Source of the DNA: Podarcis pityusensis
Taxonomy: Eukaryota
DNA: 64,000 nucleotides
Reading direction: 5' to 3' (one strand)
Assembly: GCA_964106645.2 (NCBI GenBank)
Contig: OZ067050.1
Within the stretch, counting starts at the first letter, position 1. Every line of letters begins with the position of its first letter. Shown here piece after piece: positions 39,203 through 52,298 of this stretch. The notes below the pieces were generated by a model. It saw nothing but the letters and a program-made list of their open reading frames with translations, ran no database searches and had not been told where the DNA came from. The position numbers and the translations under genes were made by a program.

Positions 39203-39560
39203 GGGGATGTGGGTGGCACTGTGATCTAAACCACAGAGCCTAGGGCTTGCCGATCGGAAGGTCGGCGGTTCGAATCCCCGCAACAGGGTGAGTTCCCATT
39301 GCTCGGTCCCTGTTCCTGCCCACCTAGCAGTTCAAAAGCACGTCAAAGTGCTAGTAGATAAATAGGTACTGCTCTGGCGGGAAGGTAAATGGCGTATCTG
39401 TGCGCTGCTCTGGTTTGCCAGAAGCAGCTTAGTCATGCTGGCCACATGACCCAGAAGCTGTCTGTGGACAAACGCCAGCTCCCTCAGCCTATAGAGCAAG
39501 GTGAGCGCACAACCCCAGAGTCGTCCGTGACTGGACCTAACTGTCAGGGGTACCTTTACC
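39203..39560 (+). mobile_element. Sauria SINE, full length
   Basis: tRNA-like head with GGTTCGAATCCC B-box, AGTAGATAAATAGGTAC core, ACCTTTACC tail, TSD TATTCATCAAC. Confidence 0.93.
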
Positions 39561-40421
39561 TATTCATCAACATACATCTCTGCAGCTACTTCTCCTACTT
39601 CACACACAGAGCTTGCTGGACTTTAGAACAAAACCCACATTTATCCAACAAATGCAGGACCAAAAATACTATTAAACTCCTGCTTAACATGTTCACTTCC
39701 CCCTACTTTTGTCCCTGCTACAGAAACTGCCAAATCCTCTGATTTCCATTCCAGTCACAGATACCTACCATGTATATTTGTGATACTGTGGGAAAGCCAA
39801 ATGACCTCACCAGCCAAATGACCTCCACCCCCACCAGCTTCTTCCACTTCTTTTCCATGGTGCCTTGCCCCACTTTGGAATGTTCATATTTCCTCAATTA
39901 TTAGCTACAGAACTCTGAATTACTGTATATACACATCAGTTTGAAAGAATCCTCCAACATTTCCCCACAAAGTTGCACCTACCACGTTTACAGCATCGTA
40001 ATGCTTACAGAATACACATGCATTGTGTTTCAAAGGGGCAGGGAGTGTTTAACTATTAGGGGTCATTTAACATCCTGAGCTTATGTATGAAAAATCTGAC
40101 CACTCCCTGTTATCCTTAATCTACCTTGCAGCCCCTCTGGCGATTATAAGGAACCATGGAAACTGTACAGAGAAGGATGGACAGGAAGTAATGAGCCAAA
40201 GTTCCTAAGAGTTTAATTCAAAGGGGAAAGGCTAGAGCACATGCTTTGCACACAAAAAGTCTAGGTTCAAATCCTGGTGTCTCGTGATAGGGCTGGGAAA
40301 GTACCTGTCTAAAACCTGGAGAGCTGCTGCCATCAGTGTTGATAATACTGAGCTAAATGGGCTATTGGTTTGACTTAGTGTAACGCAGCAGCCCCTGAAG
40401 CACACACACTCACACTCAAAC

Positions 40422-40556
40422 CATGGGCATAACCGGGGGGGTGTGCAGGTAAATAAACATACTTTAATAATATGAGTTGCAGATAGCTCAGTTCTGCCCC
40501 CCCCCAAAAAAACCAAAGGTCCTGCCCCCCCAACATAAATCCTGGCTACGCCCATG
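40422..40556. mobile_element. Short hAT-type MITE
   Basis: TIRs CATGGGCATAACC / GGCTACGCCCATG; flanks ACTCAAAC / ACTCACAT. Confidence 0.7.
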
Positions 40557-41535
40557 ACTCACATGCAAGTTCTTAGTTAGCAAACTCCCAAGGACATGAG
40601 GTTGCATGTACAGCATTAAATTACTATTAAGAACCCACTTTTGACAGTTGCAATTAAGCCACATGAAAATAGGGAAGGCTTAGCATGCCCATCACAAAAT
40701 TGCTGGAGAGAGAAAATGTATGTGCACATCATAACATATCCACAACAAATCCTTGTTTTTTTTAAAAATAAGAATTATATATGAGCCTTAAGTAGAAAGA
40801 TGATAGCTTGCAAGCCTTCCTGTAGCATTTCAACACAACTTTTGCCTCATTTAACCTGTAACATTTGTTGTAACCCACTCTTAATCTTTGTTCAATCAGT
40901 TGTCACCACCAGCAATAAGGGGGGGGGGGGGGGACAAGAAAATTCAAAATCCATACCTTGGATTTGCTAAGTGCAATCGTGTACTCATCCTAACCCAATC
41001 TCTGTTCTGACCTACTATCACATTTCAGTCTCCCTCTCTTTTCCTTTCCATCAGAGACATGTGATTTCAAAGTTGTTGTTGTTGTTTTTAAAGATCTAGG
41101 AGAGCCAGAATCCCCCAACACATGTTCTCCGGCATGCTTCCCCCTCTTTAATCCTAACCTCTGTCACTATGACTTTCTGGGCTCACATTTCAGTCTCATT
41201 TTAAACCTTCTCAGAATGCATCCAGATAACATGGGAGACAGCCTGGAGAATTCCCCCTAGGCCAGTCACTACCATAAAATCCTTTTTCAGACCACCAGAG
41301 AGCCTGTACTTATTTATACAGCCCCATAAGGATGCACATCTCTAACAGTTCTGAGCTTTCAAAAATTTTTAATTCCATTATGAAATCCACAGCCCCAACC
41401 AACCCCATCCCCAACCCTCAACTCTTTTCTCAACTGAGAATGTCATCTTCTCCTCACGTTATAGTAGAACAATTCCCTCTAGTTTTTCTATTTAGACTTA
41501 GTTGCAAGTTTTTGAAATATTTCCTACTTGCAAGG

Positions 41536-41537
<2 letters not shown>

Positions 41538-41581
<44 letters not shown>
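41538..41581. repeat. (TA)n microsatellite
   Basis: Direct inspection. Confidence 0.97.
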
Positions 41582-41584
<3 letters not shown>

Positions 41585-44299
41585 TATATTTAAAAATATT
41601 GTTTAAACTGCAAATAATTAGGTTAATATTAAGAAATCTTAATAAAGGCAGGTTAGTCCTCCAGCTACCCACAGAATTAGTGTCATATACATTGAGTTAA
41701 ATGAGGCTTCTGTACATAAAAAGCCAATTTGACAATTTCTCAAGTATGAGTATTTACACTATCTGCCAAACATATACATGCATTTTCACCTGAATAAAAT
41801 AGATCTATTCTAGTCTGCCTACAAACTATGAAGCCTTGTTATGACATATCATTCATGTGTATTTTATTTTTGCTTGTATTTGTGAGGGTGGGATGGACAA
41901 AGGCAGGGTGAAGGAGAGAAGAACATTGGGAAGAAGAGAAGACAAACTGTCCAGTCTGCATGTTCCAATATTCTCATGCTAAGGTTCTAATTCTATACTC
42001 TCTTTCTAGGAGTAAGCCTCACTGAGCTCCATGGGACTTACTTCTGAGAAGAAATGCTTATTAACCTCCTAACAATCATGCATCCTGATTATGACAGGCC
42101 CCATACGGGAATATTTTAAAGACATTTGTTGTATTGGTAAGAAAGGAGAGCATACAAAATGTATATACAACATGACAAAGAGATGTAAAGCCTGGTTGAA
42201 AGAATTGAACAGTGTAAATAACATAGTTTATTGGTGTCTTACACCATAGTTTTAGAAATAACTTGTAGAATCAATGGGAAACAATTTAAGATCAGTATTT
42301 TAAATTTGTCTTTTATTCTTCCTGATTTAAATCAATCTACCCTGCTTGGTGTTCACAAACTCTTAGCCACACATAAAACAGTTCCTTGCCATTAATTTCC
42401 CTGCTACCTCCTCCTCCTAGAAAATTTTACTTTCTTGTTCCAGTTACCTAATATCCCACTCAAAAGTTGCACCCCCTGGATCACATAGTAGCCATCTGAA
42501 GGCTGAGGGTTCAGGGGAGTTTTTAATGTGTGACATTTTAATGTATTTTTAATCTTTGTTGGAAGCCACCCGGAGTGGCTGGGGAATTATTATTATTATT
42601 ATTATTATTCATTATCACAATTTAGAGCACAATCCAATCAATGTCTACTTAAGGATGAGTCTCACTACATTCAATGAGGCTTTCTCCCAGGTAAATATGC
42701 ACAAGACTTCAGCCTCCAGAATTCATCTGCAGTCAAAATCAAAACAGTTAAAACATGGTGTACAAAACCTAAAAGACCTTATTTGAAATGGGGATTTCAA
42801 TTCATTTTCTGAAGATTGCAAACATGGGATCAGAAAGCAATAACTTTTCATAATTAATCCTTTTTAAGAGGGTCTAGTTTGAGGTTGGTTTGTTTACAAT
42901 CAAGCAGTGTATAAATTTTATGAAATAAAGTTGTATACTATCCAAAGTTTCTCTAATTGCCTCTTTTCCCCACTCAATAATCTGCTAGTCTCCAAACTAC
43001 CCATTATGCTCTTGGCTATCTTGACCATAACTATCCCACACCCACTACCATCTTCCTCCAGGCTCCTAGCACTCTACTGAGAAACAGAACTATACTCAAT
43101 AGATAGTGAAGTACACTGATGCTTACAGCCCCTTCTACATTTCACCATGCATCCATTTAAGAATACAAGAGCTCAGCTGAATCAGATGAAAGGCCAGTCA
43201 AGTCCCACATCCTGTTCTCACTGCAGACAACCAGGTGCCTATGGGAAGCCTGTAAATGGATACTACTTAGCTTTCCTACAGTGCTCTTTCTGGGTGCCCA
43301 CATCAATCAGTTCCAGACAACATGGTCAGTGATCAGGGAAGATGGGAGCTGCAGTCAAAAACATATGGAGGGGACCAAATTGGGGAATGCTGACATACTT
43401 TATCACAGTAGCAATGTTAGAAACTGAGATATGAAAGTTAGAAGCTAAATGGCACTTTGAGCCTAGGTTATGGGCGCAACAATGGGATGTCTAGGCACAA
43501 TTTTTTAATAATAAGAATACAAAGCTGAAAATGAATGAACTGCAGCTAAAGTATTATGTTCACTTTTCACACGGTCTAGTCCTTCTCCTGCCCACCCCCC
43601 AATATTAAGAGGGTCTCTTCTCCAGTCTTCAGAGTAGCTGGAAGTGGGGAGGCAGAAAAAGATCTTCCTTTCCTCCCACTCTGCAGTTTAATCGAAAATC
43701 TTAGGCACAGTACTGCACCCAGAGCTCAGAAACTGCTCGCACTAATGAAATTCCCCGTTGCAAAATGCTCCTAGAACAATGGGAGTTTCGAACACCACAC
43801 AGCAGTTCTTACAACAACCTTGTAAGGTAGGGCAATATTTCCCCCAAATCACTGTTGCATAATAAAGCATACCTATACTTTTCTTCAGAACAACACCAAA
43901 CAACCCTTATAATTCACAGGCTCTTTCGATTTTTAAAATTTGCATACCACCTCTAGCCTACTGTACCGAATGTGGTTTACAACCCAAACCTACAACGAAA
44001 GTCGCGCTCCACTCCAAGAATCCTTCATCCAATCCGACCCTCCGCTCCCGAACTACCCCCCCAATTGTGGAGTAACCCCTCCCACATCCACCTGCACCAT
44101 CCTTTCCGAAGTCCCTGCTTCAGGTTGCTTCGTTTCCCAACAACACCGGGGAAACCAGAAAAGGGAGTTTCCCCCGCCCTCACTTCTCCAGGCCAACTTT
44201 TAACGTTTAACCCCCCCCCCCACACACACACAGCCCAAGCCCACGAACCCCTTTCCTTTCCTCCTCTAGCCCACGTGCTGTCCTTTAGCTCTCGAGTCC

Positions 44300-45460
44300 C
44301 CCGATACACCCTACTCAAACCTCCCCCCCCCCACGCCACAGCTTCCAGGCCCTTCCCCCACACTTCCCTCAGCCCACCAGCCGCCGCTTGCGAGGGGCTG
44401 GCCTCACTTTGCCCCCTACCCTTCCGCAGCCTCCAGCGCACCACACGCGGCTCCTTTCTCCTCAGCTTTCTGCTCCTCTCGGTCTTCCCCGCCGCCTTCT
44501 CGTGCTCTCGCCGCTGCTCGCCCAGCCCACGTTTCTCCTACCCGCTTCCCTCCCACCTGGCCTATTCGAGGCCACCGTTTCTTTAGCCCCCCCCCCTCCC
44601 CTAAATTCGCTCTCCACCAGCGGCCCAGTTAGAGGTCCCTCTTCTCTACCGCGGACCCCATTGCTCTCTCAGTTTCTCCTCGCCCCCCCCACCTCCGCTT
44701 TATGCTTTCCTCCCCCCCCCTTTTAGTCTTCCCCCTGCTTTGTTTAACTCCACCCCCTTCCCCTCATATATAGCCCTATCCTCCTCCCCACCCCACTTCG
44801 TTTCATACCTTCTCTCCCCCAGCTCCCGTTGTTTCAGCACCCGCCGCTGCCTTCAGGCGGGCCTTGCCCCGGAGCCGGTCCCGAGCCCCAAACAGCAGCG
44901 CCCGTCTACCACCACTCTTCTCCCCGCCCGCCGCGCTGCCTCGTCCAATCCTCCTCTAAGACGGGGGCGAGCGACAGCTCGATTGCCCAATCAGAGGACA
45001 AGCAGACTTCACAGCTCCAAACCTCCCAGCGAGTGACATCATAACGGCCAATCAGAGCGCGCTCAGGGGGGGGGGAAACGGTAGACGAGGATGGCATTAA
45101 AAAAAAAGAAAAGACTCTGATAAGGGGAAAGTCCCAATTGCTATAGTAGTGGGCCGGCCAGACTGAGCGCCGACTGACATCACAAATTCGCCAATCCGTT
45201 AAACGCTCGCGAGGCTCCCCGCGCTATGTGGTTTGAGCGACGGAGGTAGCAACCAACCGCCGATCGAATAGTTACTACGGTCGTTCCCATTGTCTTTGGA
45301 CGGTGTTGCCATCCGCAACGGGTCCTTAGCCCTTCCCCCTCCCACCCCAATACGTAATCTCCGTACATTCATAGCGGCCTGCGTCTCACCTTATGAGGGA
45401 GCGACATCTTAGGTGGGTTGCTACGGGCAACCAAGGACGAAACCTCAGAGGCCGGGGAGG
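44300..45460 (-). promoter_or_regulatory. NFE2L1 main CpG-island promoter and non-coding exon 1 region
   Basis: CpG-rich; CCAAT at 44945, 44987, 45048, 45191; TGACATCA at 45034 and 45175; candidate - strand donors AAG|GTATGA (44809) and CAG|GTGGGA (44557). Confidence 0.8.
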
Positions 45461-45645
45461 GGAAGGAACCTGTGCGAATGGCAGCTGCCAAACTTTAAAT
45501 TCTCACTTCGCCAGTATTGAACTCAAATCTGAAAGGAGCTTTTGGATTTTAAAAAAGGAAAGATGAAAAATCTTTTCTCCAAAAATATTTATACAATTTA
45601 TGTAGCAATCAGTTTGTGAATTTCAGATTTGTAATTTACAGTTTA

Positions 45646-46007
45646 AAGGTAAAGGTACCCCTGCCCGTACGGGCCAGTCGTGTCCGACTCTAGGGTTGTG
45701 CGCTCATCTCACTCTAGAGGCCAGGAGCCAGCGCTGTCCGCAGACACTTCCGGGTCACGTGGCCAGCATGACGAAGCTGCTCCGGCGAACCAGCACCAGA
45801 GCAGCACACGGAAACACCGTTTACCTTCCCGCTATAAAGCGGTACCTATTTATCTACTTGCACCCGGGGGTGCTTTCGAACTGCTAGGTGGGCAGGAGCT
45901 GGGACCGAACGACGGGAGCTCACCCCGCCGCGGGGATTCGAACCGCCGACCATGCGATCGGCAAGTCCTAGGCGCTGAGGTTTTACCCACAGCGCCACCC
46001 GCGTCCC
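45646..46007 (-). mobile_element. Sauria SINE, full length, young
   Basis: Reverse-complement of the 39.2 kb family; intact CpGs; perfect 14-bp TSD TAATTTACAGTTTA. Confidence 0.95.
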
Positions 46008-46715
46008 TAATTTACAGTTTAGAGAAGGATAAAATAGAGGGATTTGGGAAACGCATTTGACAATGTACACGGTTTCCTCGTACCCAATAAAACTTTAAAT
46101 TCACTCAATAATTTAAACTTGCAGGTATTCCAAACACAACATGGTATGAAACTGAAAATGACATCAAGTAACAGAAAGGCTTTAGAGCCAAAATATGAGA
46201 ATTTGTGTAAGTATACTGCACTCTGTTTCAAAACGCCTATTTTCAAAATGTCACAATTTTGGATTTTACTTACCAGAACCTGGAAGTTTCAAAAGCCAAA
46301 TAGTTAAATCAGAAACTTAGGGTTTTGAGTTATGTCACAATTATTTACCTATCTTTCATTAAAACAATACTCAAAAACACAAATTTGTTTATTGATCATG
46401 AACAGCCTCTCAAACACCTTGGAATCTCAAAACAGGATCACACGATGCTTACATGTTGCTTTAAAACTATTATAATCTGCGCCCTCCCCCCTCTGCACAA
46501 GCAAATTCTTCTGTTAAAATGTTGTTGTTCACCCAACCAAGGATGAAATTACCACTAAAGACACATTTTAAACTGCAATCCTATACATAGCGATTCTGAA
46601 GTCTCATTAAGTTCAGCTGGGCTTACTCCTAGGTGAGTATAGGATTGCAGCCAAGCAAAACAGTCCTCTACTCACACCATGCTACAGATATGCCAGTGGA
46701 AGGCATATCCTATGC

Positions 46716-46957
46716 CATAGGTAGGCAAACTAAGGCCCGGGGGCCGGATCTGGCCCAATTGCCTTCTAAATCCGGCCCACGGACGGTCCGGGAATCAGCA
46801 TGCTTTTACATGAGTAGAATGTGTCCTAAAATGCATCTCTGGGTTATTTGTGGGGCATGGGAATTCGTTCATTCCCCCCCAAAAATATAGTCCGGCTCCC
46901 CACAAGGTCTGAGGGACAGTGGACTGGCCCCCTGCTGAAAAAGTTTGCTGACTCCTG
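46716..46957. mobile_element. hAT-type MITE (shorter relative of 24926-25392)
   Basis: Same termini CATAGGTAGGCAAACTAAGG / GGCCCCCTGCTGAAAAAGTTTGCTGACTCCTG. Confidence 0.88.
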
Positions 46958-47799
46958 TATGCTCTTATCATTCTGAGGTGGGTGGGGAAGGAGGTGGGAG
47001 GGCTGCTATTATTTTTATGTAATTCCCTCCTCCCTGCTAGCTTCTATGGGAGGCAAAATTACTTGCACCAACCTCAGACCTGGCACAATGTTCCACTGTC
47101 AAATGGGCATGTCTTGGAAATGAAGAGGTGTAACTCATCAATCTTTATTACGGTCCAGAGACCCAACAAATCATTACAAAGCAATACACAATTCATACAG
47201 CCTACCTCCAGGTTAAACAAGCATTTTGTTTAGAATATAGGGATCATATGTTCTTGCAACCACCGATAAGAGGTGTAACTATGCCCTGCTCAGGGCACAC
47301 CCATGATTCCATCCCATTCTGCTTTTCCCACCGCACCTGTCCTATTTACCAGTGTCACTTTGCCAGCACAGTATCTCTGCCAACATACCAGCAGAGTTCC
47401 ATCAGCTTAAGTGTCATCCTGGAGGTGTAATTCCATCTGGACTGGCAAAGCAGCGCTAACAGCACTTAGCCACTTCCTAAGACCATTCAGCCAGCATAAC
47501 TCAACTATAGTGCCCTTGTTTTCTTATTTAGCTAGATGGCAAATATGTCACAACAGTTTAGAAACACTATAGTCAATCTGAATAGCAGCAATTGATATAC
47601 AATACAGGTAAAGTGTATTTTACTTGTCGAGCTAGTCCCAAAGCAGTCCAAAATACCTGTCAAGAATTTTATTGAGGGGTACGATATGCATCGCTCAAAT
47701 AAGGAAAATAAAAGTTTAAGATTAAGTATGTTATCTCACCTTTCATCATTCTATATATTAGTTGGCATCACTGCCCACGTATGAATACTGAAGGTCAGA

Positions 47800-49075
47800 T
47801 GAGCTGGGGTGAGGGGTTACGCAGTTTGGGAAAGATAACCTACTTTTGGAAAAAAAATGTGAGGGAGAGCTCTTGCCTTGCACAACTCAAAACCTGTGCA
47901 TATGGGCCATATGTGATAGTATATGTTCAAGGTTTTTGGGAAGTGATATTTACAAAATCCCAGACATTAAAGGGCAATCAATCCCATCTGACCTGGCCCT
48001 GGCCCTACTGGCAATAGTGCAGCCAGATGACACCAATATAAGGTCACCAAGACCTAATAATTCTTTTGCTCACAGTTGTTCATTTGGAGTTAGCTAGTCA
48101 CTGGAAAATTTGTAAAGCAGGTGGTTGAGAAGAATTGGAAATCTGGGGAAGGAGGAAGTATAATGGAATGGCATACCAATAGGTTGTGCAATGAAAGTAG
48201 CTAGCAAAACAAGCACAAGCATTAAGACATGACTTTGCAAGCGATTGGTTTTTGTAATGGCTTTTGCATTGTGTTAATTTGTGGGTGAACATATCAGACA
48301 AAACAGCAATTCTTCAAACAGCTCTTGTTTATTCACAGGCCAGAACAGAACTGAACTGAAGGGTTCAGCCAGCCTGCTTATATAGAGCTCCACTACAACG
48401 CAACAGTAACCACTTTCTGTAACTATCCAATCACTGAACGTCACTTTCAATCCCTTATTTGCATATGTGGACCTGAGTGAAAACTATCTACAGTATCCCC
48501 TGCTGGCCCAGGGTGAGAACTTCAGTACATAACACATTGGGCATAAAATCCTATAAAAATATCACTTGTTCTGGACACCCCTGATGGAGAAACCTATTAG
48601 GATAAGATGGCTATGAACTATTGGATGAGGGATATTGCCAATTACTCTCTATTTTTAGGTATATTATCTTTCTATTATTCTATTTTTGTAGTTGAAACAA
48701 TACAAACATATCCTTACAAAAACTGGTAAAGGGCTGACTGGATAATGTTTGGGAAATGGCATTACTTGAATGTTTAACATAAATTGGGAGCTGATTAAGT
48801 ATGGTAAAAATGACCACTTAGAGGCTGTTTGGATATCATTCTTAACTTCTCAAAATTGGAATAGAGAGCAAGTGCAGGCCAGATTGTCCCAGATTAATTT
48901 GTGGAGGAGCTATGCATTTGGGTGTGGCCTGAATATTCCCTGCAGTTTATTACAATAGACACATGAAGACATGCAATGATGAGTGAATAATTCTTTTGTT
49001 GTTGTTGTTCAGATATTTGACAATATGTACTCTACCGATTCTGTGTTACAGTCTGAAAAATCTTTAATAAAATTA
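47800..49075 (+). mobile_element. Decayed L1/Tx1-like LINE ORF2 3' fragment, interrupted by a solo LTR
   Basis: Broken peptides YVQGFWEVIF...IPSDLALALLAI...LIILLLTVVHLELASHWK resembling the L1-clade ORF2 C-terminus; AATAAA near 49066. Confidence 0.5.
48272..48534 (-). mobile_element. Solo LTR (263 bp)
   Basis: TGTTA...TAACA termini; perfect 5-bp TSD CATTG; on - strand octamer, CCAAT box, TATATAA and AATAAA in U3-R order. Confidence 0.9.
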
Positions 49076-50434
49076 TTGTTTTCAGAAACCTGGGGCTTTA
49101 ACTTGGATGAAGGCAGGATGAAAAATAAAATAAGTAAATAAAAGTTTGCTCAATGTAATCTCCTCCCAAATAAGAGTGCAAGAGACTGCAGCCTTAACAG
49201 TCATGGGCAAGTATGCAATTTTTGTTGATTTATGGAGTATAAACTGCGCTAAGTTTAGCTTATGAAATGAGAGGAGCCTCTAACCTGTCTGGAAGTCAGA
49301 CCCTCTTTTCTGGTAACATGTTTTCCTAATGCTAAATGTGTAGGGATTTGTAGTCAGGATTCTGGCATGCTCAGAGCATAATTCTTTGAGTTCTGCTGAG
49401 CCCCTCTCAAATCAAGCCCTGAATTTGACCATTAAAGGAGAGGTGCCTTGTACAACGCTCCCTAAGGATCTGTCCGAATCATAAAGCCAGAGAGAGAGAG
49501 AGTCGGACGGAAAGATGTTCTATTTCAGCTTGCTTGTCTACCATGCATGAATGGCTTCACAGTTCTCTTGTGGAGGGTGGAGATGCCAACTCTGGGGCGG
49601 ATTTTCAAGGCCTCACAGTACCAAGGTGTGTCAGCCAGAGCTAGGCCAGAGGAGAACGGGTACAAAGTTCACAATCATCTGAGCGATGATAAATAGTAAT
49701 TAAGATTACACCATTCCGTGTTTCAAAAGGACAGAGATGTTAGATAATGCTTGGCAGGCTGACAGGTCAGAGACAGTACATGAGTAATGAAGAGGCTCAC
49801 AAAACAAAGCCAAGCAGGAACCAATGAAAGCTGATATTAGTCACATGAAAACAGGTGCACTGTGAGAATGCAGCCTGGTCAATGCATGTTGTATAATTAG
49901 AGTGCAGTGTACTACCTCAGGCTGCAAGGGTGCAGAATTTTAATGCACCCACCCCAATAAAATACCGCCTGCAAGTTAAAAAAAAACCCCAGTAACTGCA
50001 GGGAGAAAGGTTCTAGTCTAGCCTACTCCCTCCCATGCTTCACCGTAGTGGAGTAGGAGCAAGTGTAGGATTGCCAGCTCTCAAGCAGCTCATATTCTGG
50101 GAACTAAACAGGGTAGTTCTGGTAGACCAGAGGGCAAAGCCTTGCAGCACTTGAAACATCCAGAGCATGGTCCCCAGTGCAGGGTTACTGGCTTCTATCT
50201 GATGAGTTGTGAACAGGTATATTAGTGAACATCCCCATCTGAAGTCAACTCTCTTGCAGGGACTGAAGGAATGGGGAGAAACTCAGATGGGACAACTTGT
50301 TGAGATACAGCTTGCCCCCTTTGCTTCTACCTCCTCACAGATTTAATAGCTTCCACTGGAAACCTTGAGGAGCCATCCTGAATTATTATTTTCCCCACAT
50401 CAACAATGTAGGGTTGAATGCTTTACCCAGAGAC

Positions 50435-52298
50435 TTGAGTTCAGAATATGACTTTATTAAAAAGACAAGGTATTTGAGAAACCAGAACCATTATTTCAAT
50501 GTACAAATCCAAATACCTGTACAAGGTTTTGCATTTTAGTTTAAATCCTAAAAATAAAACAGGTAATAAAAGCAACGGGTGGTGGGAGATCAGGAGCAGC
50601 CATTAAAACCATGTATTTATGCTGAATTAAAACAAAATATAAACCAGGACATTTTTTTTTACATCTTGGCAATGTGCTCACTAGCAGGGCTTTGGACAGT
50701 ACCATCATGCACACCAAATACAACTTTGCTGGAATTTTTAAATAGCTTATTCAAAAAAACAACCTCCCCAAAGTCAACCCCTTGAATGAAAGAAGATCCG
50801 ACTAGTTATGATGTTTTGCTGTTTAGATTTATTTCTTTAAAGGGAAAATGCAGTGTCCCTATTTAAAAAAAGAACTGAACTAAAAATAAATAAATCACAA
50901 GTATTACAAAACAGCTAGGTAGGTGTTCAGAGACATTTCAAAAGCTGGCAAGTCAGGTAGGGTAGGGATAAGAGGAGAGAGAGAGAAAGAGATTGAAAGA
51001 TGCATCCCTACTGACCATATACAACACATTTAGATAATTAAAAAATATAAAAGGCAAGAGGCAGCATTTCAGCAGCAAAATGCTAAAAAGGTACGTCACA
51101 AAAGGGTATGGGACGGCAAAGCCACATCTCAGAGGAAATACGGTGTGGTTGTTCTTGAGGGAAGCACACGTTCTGGGTCTGGAACTGCACAGAAGAGCTT
51201 TGGTTCCCTTGTATTTGCACCTTCAAATGCCATGATTGAGGCAATATTTCCACAGCGATAGCTGTGACCAACTTCTCACCAAACATGAATTTATAACCTT
51301 CATGCACCAGCTGGTGGGCTCAGCAGATGCAGATGAGCTTTAAGTTGTTGATATAGACAAACTCATTTGTGACTTTTGCCTCAAACAGCCAGCCTGCTCC
51401 TCGGGGACTTATGGCCCAGGTGTCCACATCTTCTGGATCAGACCAAACAAGGTCACAAAAAGCTCCTTTGTGTGGGATCTCTTGGTTGTGCTCAGTGGTC
51501 TGAATCTGGTCCAGTGTTTTTATGCCTGGAGATAGGGCCCCATGTATACAGAAGATTTGCTCATCTAGTAACACTTCCACCGTGAGCATGTCAAAAACTT
51601 TGATGTAATATCTCCAGGCATTAGTGTTGCCATATTTGGTTTGGCATTTGTCATAAAACCCATACACTTGAGTTACCTGTCTGCTCTCATGATTCCCACG
51701 TAAAAGTGTGATACAATCAGGCCATTTTGCTTTCAGGGCAAGAAGATAGGCAAACGTCTCAAGGCTATAATAGCCTCTGTCTACAAAGTCACCCATAAAT
51801 ATATATAGTTTGTGTCAGGAACCTGACCTCCAGTTCTGAACAATTCACATAAATCATAAAACTGTCCATGTATGTCACCACAGACTGTAACTGGTGTAGA
51901 AACTGGCTGCACATTAGATTCTTCTACAACAGAGATGTCCAACAGGTCGATCACGATCTACTAGTCGATCCCTGCGAGGTTTTGGTCGATCGCTGGCCCC
52001 CTTCCCGCCCCCTCACCGTGCCCTCCATTGTTGGAGAACGGAAGACAGAGTTTACAAACCGAGGCTGTATTTACCCCAGTGATCCTTCAGTGAGTTGCTG
52101 TTCCTCTCTGGCCGCAAAACAATGTAAAAATGCCAGGCCACCCCCCTCAAAAAAGCTCAACAACTTTGACCTGAACCCCTAAAAAAAGGGGGTAGATCAC
52201 TGCCAGTTTTTAATTCTGTGAGTAGATCACAGTCTCTTGGAATTTGCCCACCCCTGTTCTAGAAGAAGATCACAGACGTAGTCACACAAGCGCTTGAG
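50435..52298 (-). pseudogene. PPP6C: Processed pseudogene of PPP6C (protein phosphatase 6 catalytic subunit) with 3' UTR
   Basis: Intronless LKRLCDYVCDLLLE...GDIHGQ...[13 protein letters not shown]...RGNHE...TTTPYFL* (stop 51131-51129); 5'-truncated; TA-slippage frameshift ~51800, premature TGA 51322-51320, deletion of VWSAPNY, MITE insertion; AATAAA at 50458-50453. Confidence 0.95.
51930..52256. mobile_element. hAT-type MITE inserted in the PPP6C retrocopy
   Basis: Termini CAGAGATGTCCAA / TTGCCCACCCCTG; 8-bp TSD TTCTACAA / TTCTAGAA duplicating PPP6C codons. Confidence 0.9.

Noticed and set aside
39203-39290. tRNA gene
   Set aside because: A/B boxes belong to a SINE head; same for the copies at 22.7 and 45.9 kb
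43972-45097. Pro-rich ORFs up to 204 aa
   Set aside because: GC-skewed NFE2L1 promoter; no coding signature
51320-51796. 158-aa phosphatase ORF as a functional gene
   Set aside because: Fragment of a retrocopy; lacks GDxHG in frame and the C-terminal loop; flanked by a frameshift and a premature stop
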